A stretch of 64,000 nt of DNA, taken from NCBI RefSeq assembly GCF_009914755.1, contig NC_060933.1; one strand, 5' to 3'. The stretch comes from the human T2T-CHM13v2.0 reference genome, Homo sapiens. A program made the position numbers and the translations under genes. Positions 30,101-41,250 of the stretch are shown piece after piece. Within the stretch, counting starts at the first letter, position 1; each line of letters opens with the position of its first letter. Below the pieces are notes generated by a model. The model saw only the letters and a list, made by a program, of their open reading frames with translations, was not told the DNA's origin and ran no database searches.

Positions 30101-32190
30101 CATTCCATTCCCTTCCATTCCATTCCATTCCATTCCTTTGCACTCGGGTTGATTCCATTCCATTCCCTGCCATTCCATTTCATTCCATTCCATTCCATTC
30201 CATTCCATTCCATTCCATTCCATTCCATTCCATTCCATTCCGTTCCATTCCATTCCATTACATTCGGATTGATTGTATTCAATTCCCTTAAACTCCATTA
30301 CATTCCATTCCATTCGGGTTGTTTCCGTTCCATTACATTCCATTCCACTCCATTCCATTGCACTCAGGTTGATTGCATTCCATTCCATTTCGTTCCATTC
30401 CATTCTATTCCGTACTATTCCATTCCATTCCATTCCATTCCATGCCATTCCACTCGGGTTGATTCCATTCCTTTCCATTCCATTCGGGTTGAATCCATTC
30501 CATTCCATTCCATTGCATTCCGTTCCATTCCATTCCCCTGCAATCGGGTGGATTCCATTCTATTCCATTCCATTCCATTCATTCCATTCCATTCCATTCC
30601 ATTTCGTTCCATTCCATTCTATTCCGTACCTTTCCATTCCATTCCATTCCATTCCATTCCATTCCATACCATGCCATTCCACTCGGGTTGATTCCATTCC
30701 TTTCCATTCCATTCTAGTTGAATCCATTCCATTGCATTCCATTCCATTCGATTCCATTCAATTGCACACGGGTTCATTCCATTCCATTCCATTCCATTCC
30801 ATTCCATTCCGTTCCATTCCATTCCATTTCGTTCCATTCCATTCTATTCCGTACCATTCCCTTCCATTCCATTCCATTCCACTCCGTTCCACGCCATTCC
30901 ACTCGGGTTTATTCCATTCCTTTCCATTCCATTCGGGTTGAATCCATTCCATTCCATTCCATTCCATTCCATTCCATTCCATTCCATGCCATTCCACTCG
31001 GGTTGATTCCATTCCTTTCCATTCCATTCGAGTTGAACAAATTCCATTCCATTCCATTCCATTCCATTCCATTCCATTGCTCACGGGTTCATTCCATTCC
31101 ATTCCATTCCATTCCATTCCATTCCATTTCGTTCCATTCCATTCTACTCCGTACGATTCCATTCCATTCCATTCCCTTCCATGCCATTTCACTCGGGATT
31201 ATTCCTTTCCTTTCCATTCCATTCGGGTTGAATCCATTCCATTCCATTCCTTTGCATTCCATTCCATTCCTTTCCCCTGTAATCGGGTGGATTCCATTCT
31301 ATTCCATTCCATTCCATTCCATTCCATTCCATCCCATTCCATTCCATTTCGTTCCTTTCCATTCTATTCCGTACCTTTCCATTCCATTCCATTCCATTCC
31401 ATTCCATGCCATTCCACTCGGGTTGATTCCATTGCTTTCCATTCCATTTGGGTTGAATTTAATCCATTCCATTCCATTCCATTCCATTCCATTCCATTCC
31501 ATTGCACTAGGTTTGATTCCATTTCACTGCATTCCATTCCATTCCATTCCATTACATTCCATTCCACTCGGGTTGATTCCATTCCTTTCCATTCCATTCG
31601 TGTTGAATCCATTCCATTCCATTCCATTACTTTCGATTCCATTCCATTGCACTCGGGTTGAACCCATTCCATTGGATTCCATTCCATTCCATTGCATTCC
31701 ATTCCGTTCCATTCCATTCCATTCCATTCGTATTGATTCTATTCAATTCCCTTACACTCCATTCCATTCCATTCCATTCCATTCGGGTTGTTTCCATTCC
31801 ATTCCATTCCATTCCACTCCATTCCATTGCAATCGGGTTGATTCCATTCCATTCCATTCCATTCCATTCCATTCCGTATGATTCCATTCCAATGCATTCC
31901 ATTCCATTCCATTCCCCTGCACTCGGGTGGATTCCATTCTATTCCATTCCATTCCATTCCACTCTATTCCATTCCATTCCATTCCATTCCATTCCATTCC
32001 ATTCCATTCTATTCGGGTTAATTTCATTCCATTCCATTCCATTCCATTCCATTCCATTCCATTGAAATCGAGTTGATTCCATTTCATTCCATTCCATTCC
32101 TTTCCATTCCATTCCATTCCATTGCATTCTATTCCGGTTAATTCCATTCCATTCCATTCCATTCCATTCCCTTCCATTCCATTCCATTCC

Positions 32191-32590
32191 ATTCTATTAG
32201 GGTTAATTCCATTCCATTCCATTCCATTACATTCCATTGCAATCGAGTTGATTCCATTCCATTCCATTCCATTCCATTCCATTCAATTCCGGATGATTGC
32301 ATTCCATTGCCTTCCATTCCATTCCATTCACCTGCACTCGGGTTGATTCCATTCCATTCCTTTCCATTCCATTCCATTCCATTCCATTCCATTCCATTCT
32401 ATTAGGGTTAATTCCATTCCATTCCATTCCATTACATTCCATTGCAATCGAGTTGATTCCATTCCATTCCATTCCATTCCATTCAATTCCGGATGATTGC
32501 ATTCCATTGCCTTCCATTCCATTCCATTCACCTGCACTCGGGTTGATTCCATTCCATTCCTTTCCATTCCATTCCATTCCATTCCATTCC
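32191..32590 (+). repeat. 200 bp tandem duplication
   Basis: ggatgattgc at 32291/32491; ttcacctgcactcg repeated at +200. Confidence 0.85.
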
Positions 32591-34869
32591 ATTTCGTTTC
32601 ATTCCGTTCTATTCCGTACCATTCCATTCCATTCCATTCCATTTCATTCCATTCCATTCCATGCCATTCCACTCGGGTTGATTCCATTCCTTTCCATTCC
32701 ATTCGACTTGAATCCATTCCATTCCATTCCATTCCATTCGATTCCATTCCATTGCACACGGGTTCATTCCATTCCATTCCATTCCTTTCCATTCCATTCC
32801 ATTGCATACGGGTTCATTCCATTCCATTCCATTCCATTCCATTACATTCCATTTCGTTCCATTCCATTCTATTCCGTACCATTCCATTCCATTCCATTCC
32901 ATTCCATTCCATTCCATTCCACTCCGTTCCATGCCATTCCACTCGGGTTTATTCCATTCCTTTCCATTCCATTCGGGTTGAATCCATTCCATTCCATTCC
33001 ATTCCATTCCATTCAATTCCATTACATAGCACTCGGGTTGATTCCATTGCATTCCATTCCATTCCATTGCATTCCATTCCATTCCATTCCATTCCATTGC
33101 ATTCCATTCCATGCCATTCCACTCGGGTTGATTCCATTCCTTTCCATTCCATTCGAGTTGAACCCATTCCATTCCATTCCATTCCATTCCATTCCATTGC
33201 AATCGAATTGATTCCATTCCATTCCATTCCATTCCATTCTATTCCATTCCATTCCATTGCACTAGGTTTGATTCCATTCCACTACATTCCATTCCATTCC
33301 ATTCCATTCCATTCCGTTCCATTCCATTCCATTACATTCGGTTTGATTGTATTCAATTCCCTTACACTCCATTTCATTCCATTCCATTCAGGTTGTTTCC
33401 ATTCCATTCCAATCCATTCCACTCCATTCCATTGCACTCGGGTTGATTGCATTCCATTCCATTCCATTCTACTCCATTTCGTTCCATTCCATTCTATTCG
33501 GTAGCATTCCATTCCATTCCATTCCAATCCATTCCATTCCATGCCATTCCACTTGGGTTGATTCCCTTCCTTTCCATTCCATTCGGGTTGAATCCATTCC
33601 ATTCCATTCCATTCCATTCCATTCCTTTCAATTCCATTGCACACGGGTTGGTTCCATTCCATTCCTTTCCGTTCCATTCCGGATGACTCCATTCCATTGC
33701 ATTCCATTCCATTCCATTCCCCTGCACTCGGGTTCATTACCTTCCATTCCATTTACTTCCATTCCATTCCATTCCATTCTATTCCGGTTAATTCCATTCC
33801 ATTCCATTGCATTCCATTGCATTGCATTCCATTCCATTCCATTCCATGCCATTCCATTCCATTCCATTGCAATCGAGTTGATTCCATTCCATTCCATTCA
33901 ATTCCGGATGATTCCATTCCATTGCCTTCAATTCCATTCCATTCCCCTGCACTCGGTTTGATTCCATTCCATTCCATTCCATTCCATTCCATTTCGTTCC
34001 ATTCCATTCTATTCCGTACCATTCCATTCTATTCCATTCCATTCCATTCCACTCCACTCCATGCCATTCCACTCGGGTTTATTCCATTCCTTTCCATTCC
34101 ATTCGGGTTGAATCCATTCCATTCCATTCCATTCCATTCGATTCCATTACATTGCACTCGGGTTGATTCCATTGCATTCCAATCCATTACATTCCATTGC
34201 ATTCCATTCCATTCCATTCCACTGCACTCAGGTTGATTCCATTCGATTCCTTTCCATTCCATTCCATTCGGGTTGTTTCCATTCCATTCCATTGCATTCC
34301 ATTCCATTCCATTCCATTCCGTATGATTCCATTCCATTGCATTCCATTCCATTCCATTCCCCTGCACTCGGTTGGATTACATTCTATTCCATTCCATTCC
34401 ATTCCATTCCATTCCATTCCATTCTATTCGGGTTAATTTCATTCCATTCCATTCCATTCCCTTCCATTCCATTCCATTCCATTCCATTCCATTGAAATCG
34501 AGTTGATTCCATTCCATTCCATTCCATTCCATTCCATTCCATTCTATTCGGGTTAATTCCATTCCATTCCATTCCATTCCATTCCCTTCTATTCCATTCC
34601 ATTCCATTCCATTCCATTCTATTAGGGTTAATTCCATTCCATTCCATTCCATTCCATTCCATTCCATTCCATTCCACTCCATTCCATACCATTCCACTCG
34701 GGTTTATTCCATTCCTTTCCATTCCATTTGGGTTGAATCCATTCCATTCCATTCCATTCCATTCCATTCCATTCCATTCCATGCCATTGCACTCGGGTTG
34801 ATTCCATTCCTTTCCATTCCATTCGAATTGAACCCATTCCATTCCATTCCATTCCATTCCATTCCATTC

Positions 34870-35240
34870 CATTCCATTGCTCACGGGTTCATTCCATTCC
34901 ATTCCATTCCATTCCATTCCATGCCATTTCGTTCCATTCCATTCTACTCCGTACCATTCCATTCCATTCCATTCCCTTCCATGCCATTTCACTCGGGTTT
35001 ATTCCATTCCTTTCCATTCCATTCGGGTTGAATCCATTCCATTCCATTCCATTCCATTCCATTCCATTCCATTGCTCACGGGTTCATTCCATTCCATTCC
35101 ATTCCATTCCATTCCATTCCATTTCGTTCCATTCCATTCTACTCCGTACCATTCCATTCCATTCCATTCCCTTCCTTGCCATTTCACTCGGGTTTATTCC
35201 ATTCCTTTCCATTCCATTCGGGTTGAATCCATTCCATTCC
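34870..35240 (+). repeat. ~195 bp tandem duplication
   Basis: tcacgggttc at 34881/35076; ctactccgtacc and ccatttcactcgggttt each repeated. Confidence 0.8.
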
Positions 35241-36835
35241 ATTCCATTCCATTCCATTCCATTCCATTGCGCTCGGGTTGATTCCATTCCATTCTATGCC
35301 ATTCCATTTCATTCCATTCCATTCCATTCCATTCCATTCCTTTCCTTTCAATTCCATTCCATTACATTCGGATTGATTCTTTTTAATTCCCTTACACTCC
35401 ATTCCATTCCATTCCATTCGGGTACTTTCCATTCCATTCCATTCCATTCCACTGCATTCTATTGCACTCGCGTTAATTGATTCCATTCCATTGCATTCCA
35501 TTCCATTCCATTCCATTCCATTCCATACCATTCCATTCCATTCTGTTCAGGTTAATTCCATTCCATTCCATTCCCTTCCATTCCATTCCATTCCATTCCA
35601 TCCCATTGCAATCGAGGTGATTCCATTGCATTCCATTCCATTCCATTCCATTGCACTCCATTCCATTCCATTCCCCTGCACTCAGATTGATTCCATTCCA
35701 TTCCTTTCCATTCCATTCCTTTCCATTCCTTTCCATTCCATTCTATTTGCGTTAATTCCGTTCCATTCCATTCCATTACATTCCTTTGCAATCGAGTTGA
35801 TTCCATTCCATTCCGTTCCATTCCATTCCATTCCATTCCATTCCATGCCATTCCACTCGGGTTGATTCCATTCCTTTCCATTCCATTCGAGTTGAATCCA
35901 TTCCATTCCATTCCATTCCATTCGATTCCATTCCATTGCTCACGTGTTCATTCCATTCCATTCCATTCCATTCCATTCCATTTCGTTCCATTCCATTCTC
36001 TTCCGTAGTATTCCATTCCATTCCATTCCAATCCATTCCATGCCATTCCACTCGGGTTTATTCCATTCCTTTCCATTCCATCCGGGTTGAATTCATTCCA
36101 TTCCATTCCATTCCATTCCATTCAATTCCATTACATTGCACTCGGGTTGATTCCATTCCATTCCATTCCATTTCAATCCATTCCCTTCCATTCCATTTCA
36201 TTCCATTCCATTCCATTCCATTCCATTCCATTCCTTTCCATTCCATTCCATGCCATTCCACTCGGGTTGATTCCATTCCTTTCCATTCCATTCTAGTTGA
36301 ACCCATTCCATTCCATTCCATTCCATTCCATTCCATTCCATTCCATTCCATTCCATTGCACACGGGTTCATTCCATTCCATTCCATTCCATTCCATTCCA
36401 TTCCATTCCATTCCATTCCATTTCGTTCCATTCCATTCTATTCCTTACCATTCCATTCCATTCCATTCCCTTCCATGCCATTTCACTCGGGTTTATTCCA
36501 TTCCTTTCCATTCCATTCGGGTTGAATCCATTCCATTCCATTCCATTCCATTCCATTGAACTCAGGTTGATTCCATTCCATTCCATGCCATTCCATTTCA
36601 TTCCATTCCATTCCATTCCATTCCATTCCATTCCATTCCATTCCGTTCCCTTCCATTCCATTACATTCGGATTGATTCTTTTTAATTCCCTTACACTCCA
36701 TTACATTCCTTTCCATTCGGGTACTTTCCATTCCATTCCATTCCATTCCACTGCATTCTATTGCACTCGGGTTGATTGATTCCATTCCATTGCATTCCAT
36801 TCCATTCCATTCCCCTGCACTCGGGTTGATCCCAT

Positions 36836-37240
36836 TCCATTGCATTCCATTCCATTCCATTCCATTCCATTCCGTTCCATTCTATTCCATTCCATTCTCT
36901 TCAGCTTAATTCCATTCCTTTCCATTCCCTTCCATTCCGTTCCATTCCATTCCATTCCATTCTGTTCAGGTTAATTCCATTCCATTACATTCCCTTCCAT
37001 TCCATTACATTCCATTCCATCCCATTGCAATCTAGTTGATTCCATTGCATTCCATTCCATTCCGTTCCATTCTATTCCATTCCATTCTCTTCAGCTTAAT
37101 TCCATTCCTTTCCATTCCCTTCCATTCCGTTCCATTCCATTCCATTCCATTCTGTTCAGGTTAATTCCATTCCATTACATTCCCTTCCATTCCATTACAT
37201 TCCATTCCATCCCATTGCAATCTAGTTGATTCCATTGCAT
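36836..37240 (+). repeat. 190 bp tandem duplication
   Basis: tcagcttaat at 36901/37091; tctagttgat at 37031/37221. Confidence 0.85.
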
Positions 37241-40200
37241 TCCATTCCATTCCATTCCATTCCATTGCATTCCATTCCATTCCATTCCCCTGAACTCAGA
37301 TTGATTCCATTCCATCCCATTCCATTCCATTCCGTTCCATTACATTCCATTCCATTCTATTCGCGTTAATTCCATTCCATTCCATTCCATTACATTCCAT
37401 TGCAATCGAGTTGATTCCATTCCATTCCGTTCCATTCCATTCCATTCCATTCCATTTCATTCCATTCCATTCTATTCTGTACCATTCCATTCCATTCCAT
37501 TCCATTCCATTCCATTCCATGCCATTCCACTCGGGTTGATTCCATTGCTTTCCATTCCATTTGGGTTGGATCCAATCCATTCCATTCCATTCCATTCTAT
37601 TCCATTCCATTTCATTCCATTCCATTCCATTCCATTCCATTGCACTAGGTTTGATTCCATTCCACTGCATTCCATTCCATTCCATTCCGTTCCATTCCAT
37701 TCCATTACATTCGGATTGATTGTATTCAATTCCCTTACACTCCATTACATTCCATTCCATTCGGGTTGTTTCCATTCCATTACATTCCATTCCACTCCAT
37801 TCCATTGCACTCAGGTTGATTCCATTCCATTCCATTCCATTCCATTCCATTACTTTCCATTCCATTCTATTCCGTACCATTCCATTCCATTCCATTCCAT
37901 TCCATTCCATGCGATTCCACTCAGGTTTATTCCATTCCTTTCCATTCCATTCGGGTTGAATCCATTCCATTCCATTCCATTCCATTCCTTTCCATTCCAT
38001 TCCTTTGCACTCGGGTTGATTCCATTCCATTCCCTGCCATTCCATTTCATTCCATTCCATTCCATTCCATTCCATTCCATTCCATTCCATTCCATTCCAC
38101 TGCATTCTATTGCACTCTGGTTGATTGATTCCATTCCACTGCATTCCATTCCATTCCATTCCATTCCATTCCATTCTGTTCAGGTTAATTCCATTCCATT
38201 CCATTCCCTTCCATTCCATTCCATTCCATTCCATCCCATTGCAAACGAGGTGATTCCATTGCATTCCATTCCATTCCATTCCATTGCATTCCATTCCATT
38301 GCATTCCCCTGCACTCAGATTGATTCCATTCCATTTCTTTCCATTCCATTCCGTTCCATTCCTTTCCATTCCATTCTAATTGCGTTAATTCCGTTCCATT
38401 CCATTCCATTACATTCCTTTGCAATCCAGTTGATTCCATTCCATTCCGTTCCATTCCATTCCATTCCATTCCATGCCATTCCACTCGGGTTGATTCCATT
38501 CCTTTCCATTCCATTCGAGTTGAATCCATTCCATTCCATTCTATTCCATTCGATTCCATTCAATTGCTCACGTGTTCATTCCATTCCATTCCATTCCATT
38601 CCATTCCATTCCATTTCGTTCCATTCCATTCTCTTCCGTAGTATTCCATTCCATTCCATTCCACTCCATTCCATGCCATTCCACTCGGGTTTATTCCATT
38701 CATTTCCATTCCATTCGGGTTGAATTCATTCCATTGCATTCCATTCAATTCCATTCAATTCCATTACATTGCACTCGGGTTGATTCCATTCCATTCCATT
38801 CCATTTCAATCCATTCCCTTCCATTCCATTTCATTCCATTGCTTTCCATTCCATTCCATTCCATTCCATTCCATGCCATTCCACTCGGGTTGATTCCATT
38901 CCTTTCCATTCCATTCTAGTTGAACCCATTCCATTCCATTCCATTCCATTCCATTCCATTGCACACGGAATGGAATGGAATGGAAACAACCCGAATGGAA
39001 TGGAATGTAATGTAGTGTAAGGGAATTGAATACAATCAATCCGAATGTAATGGAATGGAATGGAACGGAATGGAATGGAATGGAATGCAACGGAATGGAA
39101 TCAAACCTAGTGCAATGGAATGGAATGGAATGGAATGGAATGGAATGGAATGGAATGGATTGGATTCAACCCAAATGGAATGGAAAGCAATGGAATCAAC
39201 CCGAGTGGAATGGCATGGAATGGAATGGAATGGAATGGAATGGAATGGAATGGAATGGAGTGGAATTGTACAGAATAGAATGGAATGGAACGAAATGGAA
39301 TGGAATGGAATGGAATGGAACGGAATGGAATGGAATCAACTCGATTGCAATGGAATGTAATGGAATGGAATGGAATGGAATTAACGCGAATAGAATGGAA
39401 TGGAATGTAATGGAACGGAATGGAATGGAATGGGATGGAATGGAATCAATCTGAGTGCAGGGGAATGGAATGGAATGGAATGGAATGCAATGGAATGGAA
39501 TGGAATGGAATGGAGTGGAATGCAATGGAATCAACTAGATTGCAATGGTATGGAATGGAATGGAATGGAATGGAATGGAATGCAATGGAATTAACCTGAA
39601 CAGAATGGAATGGAATGGAATGGAACGGAATGGAATGGAATGCAATGGAATGGGATCAACCCGAGTGCAGGGGAATGGAATGGAATGGAATGCAATCTAA
39701 AGGAATCAATCAACCCGAGTGCAATAGAATGCAGTGGAATGGAATGGAATGGAATGGAAAGTACCCGAATGGAATGGAATGTAATGGAGTGTAAGGGAAT
39801 TAAAAAGAATCAATCCGAATGTAATGGAATGGAATTGAAAGGAAAGGAATGGAAAGATATGGAATGGAATGGAACGGAATGAAATGGAATGGCATAGAAT
39901 GGGATGGAATCAACCCGAGCGCAATGGAATGGAATGGAATGGAATGGAATGGAATGGATTCAACCCGAATGGAATGGAAAGGAATGGAATAAACCCGAGT
40001 GAAAAGGCATGGAAGGGAATGGAATGGAATGGAATGGTACGGAGTAGAATGGAATGGAACGAAATGGAATGGAATGGAATGGAATGGAATGGAATGAACC
40101 CGTGAGCAATGGAATGGAATGGAATGGAATGGAAGGGAATGGAATGGGTTCAATTCGAATGGAATGGAAAGGAATGGAATCAACCCGAGTGCAATGGCAT

Positions 40201-40779
40201 GGAATGGAATGGAATGGAATGGAATGGAATGGAATGGAATGGTATGGAATGGAACGGAATGCTACGGAATAGAATGGAATGGAACGAATTGTAATGGAAT
40301 GGAATTGAATGGAATGGAATGGAATGGAATGGAATGGAATCAACCCGACTGCAGGGGAATGGAATGGAATGGAATGCAATGGAATGGATTCAACTTGAAT
40401 GGAATGGAAAGAATGGAATCAACACGAGTGGAATGGCATGAATTGGAATGGAATGGAATGGAATCAACCCGAGTACAGGGGAATGGAATGGAATGGAATG
40501 CAATGGAATGGAATCATCCGTAATGAAATGGAAAGGAATGGAATGGAATGGAATGGAATGGAATGGAATGGAATCAACTCGATTGCAATCGAATGGAATG
40601 GAATGGAATTAACCCGAATAGAATGGAATGGAATGGAATGGAACGGAACGGAACGGAACGGAATGGAATGGAATGGAATGGAATGGAACGGAAAGGAATG
40701 CAATGAAATGGAATGGAATGGAATGGAATGGAATCAAAGCGAGTGCAGGGGAATGGAATGGAATGGAATGCAATGGAAT

Positions 40780-40794
40780 GGAATCTTCCGGAAT
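40780..40794. promoter_or_regulatory. Consensus heat shock element (nGAAnnTTCnnGAAn), representative of the recurrent subtype B copies
   Basis: gGAAtcTTCcgGAAt matches three alternating nGAAn units exactly. The sequence match is direct; HSF1 binding here is inferred. Confidence 0.6.
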
Positions 40795-40879
40795 GGAACG
40801 GAATGGAATGGAATGGAATGGAATAAACCCGAGTGCAATGGAATGGAGTGGAATGGAATGGAATGGAATGGAACAACCC

Positions 40880-41250
40880 GAATGGAATGGAATGTAATGG
40901 AGAGTAAGGGAGTTGAATAGAATCAATCCGAATGTAATGGAATGGAATGGAACGGAATGGAATTGAATGGAATGGAATGGAATGCAATGGAATGGAATCA
41001 ACCCGAGTTCAATGGAATGGAGAGGAATGGAATGGAATGGAATGGAAACTACCCGAATGGAATGGAATGTAATGGAGAGTAAGGGAGTTGAATAGAATCA
41101 ATCCGAATGTAATGGAATGGAATGGAACGGAATGGAATTGAATGGAATGGAATGGAATGCAATGGAATGGAATCAACCCGAGTTCAATGGAATGGAGAGG
41201 AATGGAATGGAATGGAATGGAAACTACCCGAATGGAATGGAATGTAATGG
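40880..41250 (-). repeat. 175 bp tandem duplication
   Basis: acccgagttcaatgg at 41001/41176, with the flanking gagagtaagggagttg and aaactacccg also repeated. Confidence 0.8.

Larger units (their letters stand above)
1..38968 (+). repeat. HSat3 left arm, CATTC on the + strand, mostly subtype A
   Basis: CATTC orientation throughout. Recurrent A markers: gcacacgggttcattcc, ccatttgggttgaatcc, gcactaggtttgattcc, ccacttgggttgattcccttcc. Ends at ...ccattgcacacgg (38968). Confidence 0.95.

Noticed and set aside
38950-38975. New heat shock element created by the TTC-to-GAA switch at the left junction
   Set aside because: The nearest TTC (38954-38956) and GAA (38968-38970) are 11 bp apart, out of HSE register.
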